A stretch of 64,000 bases of DNA from positions 33,976,001 to 34,040,000 of the forward strand of contig CM052832.1 in the NCBI GenBank assembly GCA_028534125.1, in the 5' to 3' direction. This stretch comes from Lama glama (taxonomy: Eukaryota). Positions 23,386 to 36,407 of the stretch are shown here, piece after piece. The notes beneath the pieces were generated by a model. The model searched no databases, was not told where the DNA came from, and saw only the letters and a program-made list of their open reading frames with translations. The number at the start of each line of letters is the position of its first letter. Position 1 is the first letter of the stretch. The position numbers were made by a program, and so were the translations under genes.

Positions 23386-26300
23386 GGTTCAGCAGAACCG
23401 TTGCCCGCCCCACGTTTTCTCCTGTAAAAGCGGTAACGCTGTGCTGCCAGCGGTGACGTTAAGCCACACCTCGAGTTGCCGCCCTCGAGCGGTGACATAA
23501 AACATCGCAGCACCTCCCACGTCGCTGACGCTGCTCCGAGGACAGTTTAAGATAAGTGAGCAGCTCAGGGTTTTCTTCAGGTCAGAGGAGACGCCGAAAC
23601 ATGCAGGTACACGAGAGCCATCCGGGACCCTTCCCTCTGAACTCTTCCCCGCAGAACAGCCACTCTGCCGGTGCCGTCACTGCCACAGAGCTGTGGTAGG
23701 AAAACCCTGACAAGAGAGGCCGTCCTCGAAAATCAGGGGAAGAGCTCAAAGCAAGGATGAGGTCCCTCTTCAGCAGGTGTCCTAGGGGCCTTGCTGCGGC
23801 AGCATCTTTGCTGGGCCCGGGCCCAGCGCTAACGGACTTGACGGGGCTCCTCCACCACGGCGGGCACTGCAGCGACAGCCCCCGCGCCCCCAGAAGCCGG
23901 ACGGGGCGGGGGCTTCCGGGCTGGTCCTCGGGGGAGGGTTTGAGGTGGGGGGTGTCCCGTGGAGTCTGGAGCCTTCTGAGAAGGAGTTGCTCGTCCTCCC
24001 CACCGCGGCCTGAGGTTTCCACGATCCTTCCAGGTGGAGCCCAGCCCCCGTACTCGGCAGAGCCTGGTCTCCCTCCTCCATCCCCTGGACCCCCCACTGA
24101 CCCCGCTAGCGACCCTGCGGGCGAGCCGCAGTCCTTGGTCTCCCGCCCGTCTCCCACCCGTCCTCTGCTCAGCCGGAGGTGCTGTGCTTTGTCTCTGGAG
24201 CTAAGTCTCGGCCCCAGGATGCTCCCAGACCCTTCCGCCTACTGGGGATGTCCTGTTTTTTAAATTTTTTAAAAAGCTGCCTAAATTCTTGGTGGCACAG
24301 GCCAGACCAAAGGAGCCTGGCACCTCTCCCAGCGTCTCTGCGAATGACCCGGCTTCTGGGAACTTACTGCTTCTGCTGAGCACCCTTGCTCGCTCTGAAT
24401 GTCCTTCCGTTTTCCACACGACGTAGCAGGTCAGATGTTCTGTAAGTTCAAGGCTTTGGTAGAGAGAGAAGCCGAGGAAGTAAACTCTAAAACCGCACGT
24501 TGGACCGGCCCCCTCTTCAGTCCCTGGTCAGAATCAAGCTCTTCACCCTCTGGCATCTACCCCGCAGCCCCGCTAGGTCGTGACACCTTCACGCAGAGCT
24601 CAGCCCTGCCGTCCGCACTGCCGCCAAGCCAGGCAGGACAGGGCGGGACTGGGTCTGGCCGCCTGTGCCCGGGGGAGTGTCCGCGTGGTCTGTAGGAGGC
24701 AGACTGACCGCCTGATGGGCTCTCTGGGGCCCGGCTGTGAGCTGACCTCCACATGGCCCCAGGGCGTTTAGCTGTATGTCCAAAGCCCAGAACCCGGGCC
24801 GTGAGGACATTCGAGCCGTCGTCTTCGCTGAGTTTCTAGCTACAGGAAGGCGAGGAGCCCTGTGCACCTGCCTGCTCCCTGGTTAATCCCACGTGTCCTG
24901 AGTGTGGTCGGAGAGGACTGGAAAACAAACCTGATAAAACAGGTTGGGATCAAATTGTCAAAGATTTTGAAAGTCAGAGCAAGAGTTGGGATTTTATTTG
25001 GCGAGTGGTAGAGATTTCTGTGGGGGAATGGGCAGGGTCCCGGGAAGGGACGGGGCCCCGGGGGGCAGGGCGCCCGTCTGTGACGGGCGTGGGGGTGGTT
25101 CCTCATCTCATCACGCCAGTGTCTGTGACCTGAGGCCGCAGAAGGAGGACCCGAACACTGGCGTCTGGGAAAGATTTGGGGGTGAATGACGTGGGCACAG
25201 GTAGGCGAGGGAGGTACACCGACCATGACTTTAAACCCCTGGGAGAGGCCGGCAGGGGCGGCGGGGGAGCTAATGGTGACAACACAGCCGGAAAGGGAGC
25301 AGGTGTGTGTACTGAGGGAGTGTGCAGGAAGCCCCCACACACCTCACGGGCCCTGCCAGGGGGCGAGATACGATTTCACTTGATCTAGGGGGAGGAAGTG
25401 CAGTGATCAGGACCCAGGGCCCCACGGCGCCCTCACTTGAGAGTGGGTGTGTCTCTGGCGCTAAGCTGAGGGGGAGAATCGTGGTGTGGTGGGTGAAGGC
25501 GCGTCGAGTGTGGAGGCAACAGAAGGGACGGGGTGGGGGCTCGGAGGCCCCGGGGTACATGCCTGATTGTGGCTGCACCATCTGGAAATTTCCACCCTGA
25601 CGGTGGCACCGGGGCAGCCGTGGCACCAAGAGAAGACACTGGAGCCTGGGACTGTGCCCACCAGACCACCAGGATCACTAGAAGTGGGGGCTCCAGTCTC
25701 CTGCCCTGGCACTGGCCGGGGTCAGAGCAGCAGCCCGGGTGTCAGCACACTGACCCCAAGTCAGGGTTTTAGCTGCTCTGGTAAAATGGATAGAATTCCA
25801 ACCAGGGAACCTGGGGGGAGCACAAGGTGGTGAGGAAACCGGGAGCAAAGGACAGTCGGCGTCAAAGCCCAGAGTCCTGGGGGCTTGGTTTCCTGCTTGG
25901 TGGGGTCTGCGTCGGGCGGGGGGTCTGGGGTGGCGTGGCAGAGTCAGATGCTGCGTCCAGTGGAGCTGAAGGGCCCCTGGTCACGGCCGCAGTACCAGGA
26001 CAGAATGGCTGTGCGGCATCCACAGGCAACCACAGCTCCCATGTCCCCTCGAGGGGCCAGGTGTCACCTGGCTGGTGGGAGCCTTCCTGGGGTTGGTCAC
26101 AGGAAGGTCCACATGTCCTCACATCCTCAGACGAGGCTGCAGGCATGGGCCTGCTGGGCCTGGTCTGCACAGCCGAAGGGGTGTCCAGGGAGGACCGGCA
26201 GGAGACTGGGAGTCAGGCCCACCCAGCGGGATGCCTGCCCGGGCAGCTTGGGGCTGGACGGGGTTTGGGGACGAGCCCTGGGAGCCAGTGGGCTAAGCCA

Positions 26301-28899
26301 GGTCAGACCGTGACCTCCAGGGGCTCCTCTCCAGGGCGCCCTCCCCGTTCTTGCTCAGCATTTTAAGGGACATTCGTGGGCTCCACCTGCCTCATTGAAG
26401 CAACTTGGGAGCCCTTAAGGCGGGAGTAATGGAAGCGAGAGGCCGGCTGGGGTGGGTGGGAGTGGAGTGTCCAGCGCACGCTGGGTGGCCGGGCTCCTTG
26501 GAGGAGGAGAAGGGGCGTTTTCCCTTGTAACGCCCACCCTGTTCCCAGAAACAGCCAGGCTGGGGACCCCGGCTGAGGAGACACCGTCTCTGCCCTCAGA
26601 GTGCGTGTGGTCTGAGGAGGTGACTCTCGGACACTCTCTGAGGACGCCGCAGAGGTGCAGACCGCTCGGCCTGGCCCAGGGTCCACCACGTCCACTTTTG
26701 ACAGAGCCCACAGTTGGTGGGAGTCCCCGGGGGATGTGCGAGAATGAGCACCCTGGCTCTAGGCATCCCCGTCCCGACAGCCAGGAGCCCCATCCTGAGC
26801 CCGCAGTGGGTGGGGGCCTGTGTCCACGCAGAGGGGACCTCTTTTAAGGCCGAGCAGGGGCCTCCTGACACGGGAGTGGCCTTCAGCAGGGCAGCACGCC
26901 CATGGGAACTGTCTCCCATTTGCACTGTGATTCACGATCAGGCATCCATCATGATATGCAGTCTCTGGAAGCAGGGGACCCTGAGTGTCCACTTCACAGC
27001 CCGAGGTCCCTGGGCCCTGGCAGAGCCTGGCTGCTCGTGGCCTTGCTCCCAGGCGTCCAGGGCTGCCCTCGTGGGAATGAGTGTCTGAAGCTCAGTTGCC
27101 TCACCACAGGCGGCCTCCACCCGCACCCCCTGCGTGGACACCCACATGCGGCTGCACGGGGAGCGTGTGCCAGACCCCCTGGGCACAGGTGCGTGGCCTG
27201 GCCAGGGAGGCCTCCCTCCGGGTCACCTGCCCTCACCCAGCTCCACCCGGGAGCAAAGCCAGGAGTGCAGGGCTGAGGCCACTGGGGCAGGACTGGCTGT
27301 GGCCTTAGCCGCCCTGGAGGGCGAGGATCCCTTGGGACGTGCAGAGCGGGGCTGAGAGGCGCTGGATGAGCAGCGCTCGGGAAAGGGACTTCGCGTTCTC
27401 GTCCCGCGGTCCCCTCCTACACAGGTGAGTGAGGGGAGCTGCAGTTACCGCAGGGCCTCACCTTCCGCTGCCCGCGCCGTCCCCGCTGTCCCGCCGGGTC
27501 CCGGGAGAGTCAGGCTGCACCCTGGGAAGGGGCGGCCTCAGGGGCCGCTTCCTCTGCCAGCAGCTTCTGTGGCCTGGACGTGGCCAGAACGTGGCCAGAA
27601 CGCTGGGACCCCCCGGGCCTCCCTGGCGTCTGTTCGCAGAGCGCACCTGAGCGTCGGCGGCTTCATTAGGTTACTGAGCACGAGGAACACGGCACAGATG
27701 TCCCCGCGACGGTTCCTGGAGGTGCCAGGAGTCCACCCCTCGTTTCCTCGAGCGTCTCTCCTGCGTCACCTCCCAGCCCCTCGCTCATGACAGACGACAG
27801 CACGTCTCGGGCGTGGACTCGCTCCACAGTAGGCAGCGGAAGTGGGGCTGCCTTGCGGCTGGGGGTTGGGCAGCCTGTGCAGGGGGTGATCCCCACGTTC
27901 CTGTGGCCAGTGACCCCCCCCCACATCTGGGCAGAGCCCTCCTGCGCAGGACACTTCCACACGCACAGAAGTGTGGTTTCAGGCAGGTTGGCGGAGTGGA
28001 CCCCACTCTGTTTCATCCGCGGACACAGTGGCCACTCTCCATTGTGGGCCACGCACAGCTGGGGCCCTGGCCTGTCCACGAGGGCCCCCCGGCGCAGATC
28101 GAGCAGCTGCCAGGGTCACCGTGCAGGTGTCACGCATGGTCCCCACGCCTGCCTCCATCAGAGGCCCTGGCCACCTCCCACTGCGTCTTCCTGAGAGCGT
28201 GTGATTTTCTAGATGTTTGGTGGCTGTGGTAAATCAGGATTTTATGATGTCGTGTGAAAGGCCACCCCCCACACTTCCTCCTGCCGCAGCCGTGGACTGA
28301 AGGGACGTGCCAGCGGGCACACTGGACACAGCCTGGCTTAACCCTTTCCTCGCTCAGCTGCAGGCCCAGAGAGGCTGCCACCTCAGTTGTGGGGGGAGGT
28401 GGGGGCCTTCCTTTCACTCGAAGGAACGCAGGCAGCGGGGCTGTGGAAGCCAAGCTACCTTCTCGGAGTCACCAGACTTCTCCCCTAAAACCGCCGCCAT
28501 CAAGTCAAGATTCAGAACAAGACAGCACGTTGCTTGGAGCAACGAGGAGATGGCGGGTGGTGTTACAAAGCCATCTTTTGAACGAGTCTGTCTCGTAATC
28601 ATGAATACGAGAGGTCTCCGCGTCTGGTGTGGTGTGACGAAGTGTTACACTCGGACTCTGCTGGGACCCTTGTCAGTGAGGACGACTCTGAAAGCGCCCT
28701 GGGCGTCCTCCCCAAATCCCCCCCCCATCCCTCAGCAAGTCCCCACCTTCGCTTCCTCCAGAACGGCCCCCGTTCGCCCCCTTCCCACCTCTGCATGTTC
28801 TCCACACCCCTGTCCAGGCCGCCTCCACCTCCCACGGGCCTCCCTCGTCTCCAGCTGAGCCTGTGCCCTCAGACCTCATGACGCGTGAGAAGCAGTGCT

Positions 28900-29035
28900 G
28901 GGTGCTTTCCACGTGTGACCGTGAACTCTCACAACGGCCCTGCCAGGAGGGTGGTGTTTCCCCGTCCCCAGACTCTGAGGCTAAGCCTTGCTAAGAAATT
29001 CCGCCAAGGCCACGCAGCTCCGTGGCCTAGCCACA
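28900..29035 (-). mobile_element. Degenerate MIR fragment
   Basis: ctctcacaacggccctgccaggagggtggtgtttcccc...ctgaggct...ccaaggccacgcagct. Confidence 0.5.
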
Positions 29036-29419
29036 GACGCAGCAGGCGTCCCCAGTGGTGCCTCTGTCTCCAGTGCCAAGGCAGCTTTGTTACTTGGATA
29101 TAATGTGTGTGTGAGGGAAGTGCGCAGGTGTGAGCGTGCGGTCGGGGCCTCTCTGACACACACGTACCTGTTGGCGGAAGAGCATCCCCGGGGCCCCTTG
29201 CCCTCCCCGGGAAGCCGCGATCCCACCGCCATGTCGGCTGCCTGTTGTAGGGCCCCAGTCCCGCTGGACCCGCGTGCGCCTCTCCTCTGCCCGGCTCTGC
29301 TGTCCGGCAGCGAGCAGCCTGCGCCGACCTCTCTGGATCGACACCTCCTTGCTGCTCAGGTCAAGGACGTAAGGCACGCTGCTCATGGCGCTTCCAGGGG
29401 GTGTCTGTCCTGCTGAGCA

Positions 29420-29580
29420 GTGCGAGTGCTGGACCCGGAACCAGACATCCCGGCTTCTGGCCCAGCCCTCCCGCTACTTGGCTCTGTGGCGCTGGTCAGG
29501 TGGTTTGGTTTAAATCTCTCTCCAGGTGCACTGGGGTTTGGGCACTGTTTCTCTCACAAAGATAGAAAACATAAGGTGCC
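29420..29580 (+). mobile_element. Degenerate MIR fragment
   Basis: ggaaccagacatcccggcttctggcccagccctcccgctacttggctctgtggcgctggtcaggtggttt. Confidence 0.45.
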
Positions 29581-32500
29581 AGGGAACCGCGCAGTGAAGG
29601 TGCCCCGGCCTCCTGAAGCCGCCCCCTGAGTGGGAGCCAAGCGAGCGGATGCAGGGGTCACAGCAAGCCTGAAGGTCCGTCGGAACTTGCCGTTCCTCCC
29701 CACTGCTCCGGGACTTTACTGACAAAACGTCACAGTGCTTGCCTTAATCACTTCTCAACTACGAAAGCCCCAGAGAAACAACCAGAAACAGAAATTCTGG
29801 GGTGGGCAGTGGCCTGGTTAGGCCTAGAGTTGTTTAAAAAGTTGCGGAGCGAGCGTACGCTGGCGTGACCGAGCCATGGCGTTTCTGCCTTGGTTGTGGA
29901 GAAGGACGGTGGCTGGAGGCGGGAGGCTTACCGAAGCGAGGTTCCTTGGATCTGAGTGACCCGGTCGATGTACTGTGGAGGATACGAAGCACCCGAAGGC
30001 AGGCCCCCCGTCTGCTGCAGAAGCGCTCGTGCTGCTTACACTCCGCTTTACTCGTGTTCAAGGGCCGGCGGACGGCGCGGGGGGCTTTCTATGGGGTGGA
30101 GGAGGTCTCCTGGCAACTGGAAAGGAACAAGCTTGAGGAAAAACGCCTTCACCTCGTGCGCACGGGTCCCCGGGGGAGGGCGCGTTTCCCGCAGAGCCGC
30201 CCCCACCCGACGGGGCTGCGCTGGCGCTGGTGTGTCATCCCTGGGGAGAGGCCACCGGGGCAGATACAGGATCTCTCGAGTTGCATTTCAGTTGTCTGGG
30301 GTTTAATCAGCTGATGGGCGGACGGGGCTGCTGGGGGCAGCAAGCGTGAAGGAAGAGCCTCCAGGTCTCCTGCACCAGAGCCGCCGCCCACCTTAATCGG
30401 GCCACTTAAAGGCGCTTTATCTCTTTTCCGCGGGGTTTCACCGCCTCCGACCAGCGTGGGTAATCTCCACACCCCCATCTAGTTATTAACAGCAACCAGT
30501 AATTCCCGACAGAGGCGGCGGCTTTGAAGCCTGGAACGCTGAGGTCGCAATAATCTTACCTCCCTTTCACGAGCCGGCCCTGCAGTGCCACTGCGCGTCA
30601 CCCCGCATCTGCTGGTGAGAGCGAAGATGGGGCGGGAATCAGGACCGAGTCCGGTTCAGCACTCGCTCCCGTCTCCCTGGGGTGCTCCTGTGAGCGCCGG
30701 GGGGTCGAGAGTAGAGGCAGCCGAGAAGCCGGCGCTGCACTGGTGGCAGACTCTGGGTGGGCGGGGAGAGTGGCCCCAGATGTGTGTGCAAGGCTGCTCC
30801 CCTAAACCTCATTTGCTTATTGTATGTAAAGCAGCCGCTTAGCGCCCACCTGCGCGTAGGCAGCTCCCAAAGCTACTGGGCCGGGCTTCGGTTCCTCCAC
30901 CCCGCGCGCTCAGACCTGAGCCTGGAGAACCGGACAAGCCCCAGAGGCCTGCGGGCTGGACGGGGCGGCCCCGGGCCTGCGCCTCTGTCCCAGGAAAGCT
31001 GACGGCAGCCTCGGGGCCGACGGCTGGGGAGAGAGGCTGGCCCCTGCAGAGGGGACTCACCCCGAACTCACCTCTACTGTCTCAGGCAAGCCTGCCTGAA
31101 AGCTCTTTCTCTAGGATACCTTTTAAAACTGTTTAAAAGGCATTCGGTGCATTTAGTCCTGTGTCTCTGTCTCTTCCCCTTTCCTACCTGCATTTCTCTT
31201 CCGCCGCCACACCTCTAGACACAAGTGAAAAAAGAAGATGTGGAGGAGGAGGGCTGCCCTGTAGACGCGGGCTGGGCTCTCCCTCGCAGAGCGAGAGCGG
31301 CTCCTGCCTCGCAGATGGGCGCGTCGGGCAGCGACGCCCGCGCTCACTTTCCCAGGAAGCTCTGCGAGCGCGCTGGTGCCCGGGCCACACACAGCTGCCG
31401 GTTCCAGGGGACGAGCCTGGAACTGAGTGCTCCCTGGCCCAGCAGTGTGTGGTCACGGAGGGGTCGCAGGGCCCTAAGGCGCTCCCAGGATCAGGGCAGC
31501 ACGTCCCGGGGCAGACGCACGGCTCAGACGCGAGGCCACCGGCCAGGGCCACGCATGCCGGTTCACCTGTCCCAACCGTCTCCCCGGGCGGAGCTCGGCC
31601 TCCGGCTCTGCCTCTGTTTGCTCCCTTTGCCGTCCAAGGGCAGTGGAGCCCGCGCTGACGGACTGGGTTTCCCTGCGGGAGAGCCCGGGGCCCGCCTTGT
31701 CCAGCCCGCTGACAGACGGCCCGCGTCCACTTCCTGAGCCGGCGAGACGGCCCGCTGTTCCCTCCGTGTCTCTTCTCACCCTCGCCACGATGGGAGGCCT
31801 GGCTTCCCCTTCAGTGTGAGCTGGTGCCCGGCGGTACGAGGGGAGAGGGCTGGCCACCTTTCCGGGAAGGTTTCCATCCAAGGACAGGCTTGTGAGCCCG
31901 CGAGAGCTCAGACCACCGCCCACAGACTCGCCGGGGGCATTCCGGCCTCACCTTCAGTTCTTTCCCGCCTTGCCCACCCCGCCGCATACCCCGGATCGCG
32001 ACTGGGACCGGCCGTGACTGAGTGCGTCTCCGTCTGCTAGGCTTTTTGTCGCTGTTGCTCACAGGCCCGTCTTTCTGAGAAGGAGCATTTCCCCGAGAGT
32101 CAGGCTCTTCTGCTGACTCTCTGTTAGCGTAACGTTAGATCGGGGGCCAAACTCTCTGGCATCCTTTTGTTCTCTGGGAGCCCCAGCTACTCCTCGGTTT
32201 TGCTTTTCTAAGGAAAGTGGAAGGAAAGAAATGAGTGTGGGGTCCCACTCACGCTCCACGGCTTAAATTCTTGAAGATGCTTCACCGACTGAAACAACAT
32301 CTGGCGAAAGCACTCACACCCCTGACATGTTTCTCCACCTGAACAGACATCCTCCGCGAAGCTCACCGGAAGGCCTGCCGAGGAGACACGTAACCTGAAG
32401 CAAATACTAATGCTGAATTTTCCCAGTGTCATGTCAAAGAGGGAGAACGAGAAATGAGTCTGTGAGTGCTGGAAAAGTGTGTGATACAGTCTGCCCACCA

Positions 32501-35500
32501 GCCTCCCCACCGGAGCTTCAGGGAGAGCGGTGGGTCCCCAAGGGACGTCGTGTGCTAAGTGAGGAAGAGAATAAAGCGAGACGAGGGGAGGGACAGAAGC
32601 CCAGCCAGCGCACTGAAGGTGTGCTGCTGCCGTGACGGAGATAGACCGGCCCCCAGGAGCCGTGAGGAGAGGGACTTAGAGCAGAAGATGCGGGTGCAGC
32701 GGGGCCCCTGCTTTTTGGGATTTATGTGGACCACGGTGGGCTCAGGAGCGGGCTCGATGGCTTTTCCAGGATCCTGTCTGGCCCCTTTATCAGGCCACCG
32801 TAACAAGAACACCCGCCAGGAACGCCGGAAAAATCGCTGCGGCAAGACGCCTTCCTATGAGGCTGCTGTCTGCAGCCCTGGTCGCTGGCTCCTGGACTCC
32901 AGGGCTCAAGGCTGGACAAGGCCACTGGGGGACAAGCCCTGAAGGTCAAACCGGTCAGCAGTCGTCCTGGAGCCCGCGGGCAACGAAAGGGCTCTGGGCG
33001 TCTGGACACACGCCCTGCTGCACAGCGAGCCCGGATCAAACGTGACAGCCGTAAGTCACACGCTCAAACCGCGGAGCTCACCGAAGGCGCAACCGTGGCC
33101 GCGGTGAGGGTCAGGAGCCAGGGCTTAGGGGGCGTCACCGTCGCAGAGACGCCTCCCGTCTTGCCCGGAGCCTCACTGTCTCCGCTGCAGACAAGTCCCA
33201 GGCCACCCAGCGCACAGAGTGCATGTTGGAAACTGCGTAGCCGCTTCACTTTCATTCAGCTTTTGCCCCGCTGTCAGGCGCGGGCTGCGGCCTGCAAATG
33301 AGGGCGGAGCTCGACCTTGAGAAAGGAAGGACGAGCAGAGCAGACGAGCTGGGAGCTGACCATGGCCTGGTGGAGAGGGTTGCGAGATGCAGAGCAACGC
33401 TACCCCGGGCCCTCCCCGGCCCCACGCGGGCCCCGAGAGCACAGTGCCCGCAGGCCGGCGGGGGCCCCGCCACAGCCAGGGGCCCCCCGGCCTCACAGAC
33501 CAGACCGTTCCCGATGCCCTTCCTCCAGAGGACGCACCGGGGAAAAGCCAGGCAGCCCTTCAGGAGGGGTTAAGAGCGAAACACGCCAGTGTCCTGATCT
33601 TTCCCCAAAAGCTGCTCGCGGCAAAGCACAGGCCCAGTCGCGACGCCAGCTTGTAGCAGTCGGCGCTGAGGGCCACCGTGCTGTTTTCACAGAACCTCAT
33701 CCTCTTCGTCTCATTGAACTTCAGGGCGACAGGGCCTTGGCCCAGGGGCAGCCGGGCTCGGCACCGAGCTGGGAGCTCTCCCTGGTGCATCTCTGGTTTC
33801 GCTGCAGTCCCTGCACGGGAGCAAGTCTGTGTCTGAGCTCCTTCCTTAACTGTAGCTCCCTGCTTGTTGTTGTGTCAGAAGCTGCTTGTGGAAAAGTACA
33901 GGAAACAGAGTTACAATACAAAGCGCCCTTCCCAAGCCTGCTCAGACACTGCGGGCGCACCGGGCCCTAGGGTTCAGCCGGCCGAGGTTCGGAGCCCGGA
34001 GCCCCCTCTGCAGAGCCGGCGGACTTACAGCAGGTGTGGTGACTGAACAGCAGGCTGCCCCTTCCAGCGCGACCGCAGAGCACCGAGGGGGCCCCGCGTT
34101 GCTTCCTGAGGCCACGTTTCACAGCTCCCTCTGGGGAAAAAGAATGCGTATCGCTGTGTGACTCTCAGCAGAGCAGAAGTGTTGTGGAAGTAGACACGTT
34201 TATTTCGGGAAAGGAGAAATAAACTCGTTTGATTTTCCACTTGGATTTCCAGCTCCACGTAGCACCATCTTAACTTGCTCATTGTTAATATTTGTAGCCT
34301 CCTCTTCCTGAAGACGCTGCATGTGGACTGCGAAGGCCGGCAGAAATAACTTGTTTGACTATTATTAAGGCTGGAGAGGAAGTCAGTACTTCAGTGAAAT
34401 GCAGGGCCTTTGGGAGCTTGATTTATTCGAGCCTGAAAAGTGAGGCTGGGTGGTGGAGGGGGGAGCGGCTGGCTGGGGTCTGTCTGTGCAGAATTCAGGC
34501 AAACAAACGGTGCAGAAGTGGACGCAGAAGCCTTTGGTGGGGAAGGTGGCTCTGGGGGCCTGGGGGCCAGGACCCGGGCCGCCTGGCCACCCCCGCGGCC
34601 TTTCCCACCTCAAGTCCACCTTCGGGGAGCCTGGAGAGAATGTGGGGCAGAAGCCTTCCAGGTGCAGCTGAGTGTCACTGTCCTTGTCACTGGTCTAGGC
34701 TGTTCTTTGGAATCGTGTCCCAGTGGGCTGTGTATGGCCTTTTAATTTCAGCCTGTTTTCAGAGCCCCCGCCGTCTTCTGTCAAAGGCCTCCTCTCTTGG
34801 GCACCGTCGGGTGAGTGCACTTGTACATGGGAAATTCGCTAAGTGTTTATCTCAGGGCCCAAAATGGCCCTTTTCAAAGTCTTTTTCTTTCCTTTTTCTT
34901 CCGCCCTCCCTCCCTCTCTTCCTCCCTTTCTTCTTGCGAATCATCTTGAAATTCTCATCCGGCTTCTTGGGCCCAGGAGCCGTGAGAGCCCAGGGACTGC
35001 GGTGCAGCCCTGCGGGCGCTGCTCTGGTCTCCTTCCCCGGAAGCCTCCTAAATGGAGGGAAGCAGGGAGCCCTGGGGGGTTGCCGCGCGCCCCCCACCCA
35101 GTGCTGGGAGACGTCCTTTCTTGATGCGTTTTTAAATGTTGATAAGGCCTGTCAGCTGGAATGAGAAATGACTTAGGAAGCAAATGGGCCCTGGTCCGGG
35201 GCGCGGGGAAGGATGCTGCAGGCCGGCGAAGAGCGGGTGTCCCCGTGCAGGCTGTGGCTCCTTCGTGGGTCGTGAGGGGTCGTGAGGGGTCGAGATCAGC
35301 ATTCCCCAGGAAGGGAGCTGAACAGAATGGCGTAGACGTGCTGGGAGAGCAGCGCCCCGGCCGGCAAGGGGGAGGGCTGCCCGGAGAGCGCGCTTCTTCC
35401 CGTGCACGTGGGTGTCCTAGATGCGGTGAGGTCCGGAGACCGCGGCGCGGGTTGCGCCCGAGTCGGTTAGAGGGGCGCCTGTGTAGGGGAGTCGGGGGGG

Positions 35501-35873
35501 AGGCGAGGGAGGGGAGGGGGCGAGGGAAGGGGAGGAGGCGCGAGGAGGAGGAGGAGGGGAGCGCACTGCGGAGAAGGAGAGAGGGAGGGCGCGGCGGGAG
35601 GGCGCGTCCCTCTGCGCTGGGAGACGAGCACGAATCCAAAACGGCGCTTGGAGCAGCATGCCTCACAACCCGGTGCAGAAAGAAAGTCACGAAGGCCAGC
35701 GGGACGCGGTGGCGGGCGGGTGGGGAGTGGCAGTCGCCGTGCCCGCGGCCGAGCGCGCGTCCAGAGACGCAAGGCCCGCGGGAGCGGCGCGGAGAGAAGC
35801 GCGGGCCTGTGCGCCGCGGGGGTGGGGGGGACCGGCACCGCGGCCGACCCGTGCTCTGTCCCCCGGCCCGCAG

Positions 35874-35942
35874 GACTTTCTGCAGGGAGACTGCACCAAA
35901 GCCAGGCAGAAGCTCAACTGGAAGCCGCGGGTCGCTTTTGAT
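35874..35942 (+). CDS. GMDS: GDP-mannose 4,6-dehydratase, penultimate coding exon ([23 protein letters not shown])
   Basis: cag|GAC acceptor and GAT|gtaagt donor; 69 nt, phase 0; near-identical to the mammalian GMDS C-terminus. Confidence 0.97.
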
Positions 35943-36101
35943 GTAAGTGTCCCCCGCGGCCGCTTGGGTCTGGGCCCAGGGAGGGGACGTGGTGGCCGGG
36001 CGGCTGGGCGCCCTGGGCCAGGAGGGCCGGGGACGGGTGGGGGGCGCCCGTGGGAGGAGGCAGAATCCCTGGTCTCACCGCGGCCCCGCGTCCTCCCGCA
36101 G

Positions 36102-36164
36102 GAGCTGGTGAGGGAGATGGTGGACGCCGACGTGGAGCTCATGAGGACCAACCCCAACGCCTGA
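36102..36164 (+). CDS. GMDS: GDP-mannose 4,6-dehydratase, last coding exon ([20 protein letters not shown])
   Basis: tcctcccgcag|GAG acceptor; ends ...RTNPNA-TGA as in mammalian GMDS. Confidence 0.97.
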   Translation, partial: ELVREMVDADVELMRTNPNA

Positions 36165-36401
36165 GCGCCCCGCGATGCTCGATGCCTGATGCCCGCTCCC
36201 CACGCCCGGACCGACCGGCCGGCGCCGCCGAGGTTTGCAGCAGCCGGGACGTGGCTCCGGTTTGCCCACTTCCCTTTCTCCGAGGCCTCCTCTGATTGGC
36301 TTTGGAAATCAAGATGTTTTAATCACAAGTTCACTTTACTTGAAATTATGTCACTAGACAACAGAAATTGTGGGGCTTTCAAATGATTTTTCTCGTTTCT
36401 T

Positions 36402-36407
36402 ATTAAA
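36402..36407 (+). terminator. GMDS: GMDS polyadenylation signal (ATTAAA)
   Basis: ATTAAA about 240 nt after the stop, preceded by a U-rich tract. Confidence 0.8.

Larger units (their letters stand above)
1..35873 (+). other. GMDS: Distal part of the large GMDS intron preceding the penultimate exon
   Basis: Ends in acceptor ...ctctgtcccccggcccgcag (35873). The preceding GMDS exon (ending ...YYRPTEV) was not found in the ORF track, consistent with the known very long GMDS introns. Confidence 0.8.
35300..36260. promoter_or_regulatory. CpG island over the GMDS terminal exons
   Basis: Very high GC with dense CpG (e.g. ccgcggccgagcgcgcg); purine/G-run tract at about 35485-35600. Confidence 0.85.

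Noticed and set aside
25353-25366. CTCF-like motif CTGCCAGGGGGCGA (similar ones near 39159, 56984, 62176)
   Set aside because: Partial matches are common in GC-rich DNA; needs PWM scoring and ChIP.
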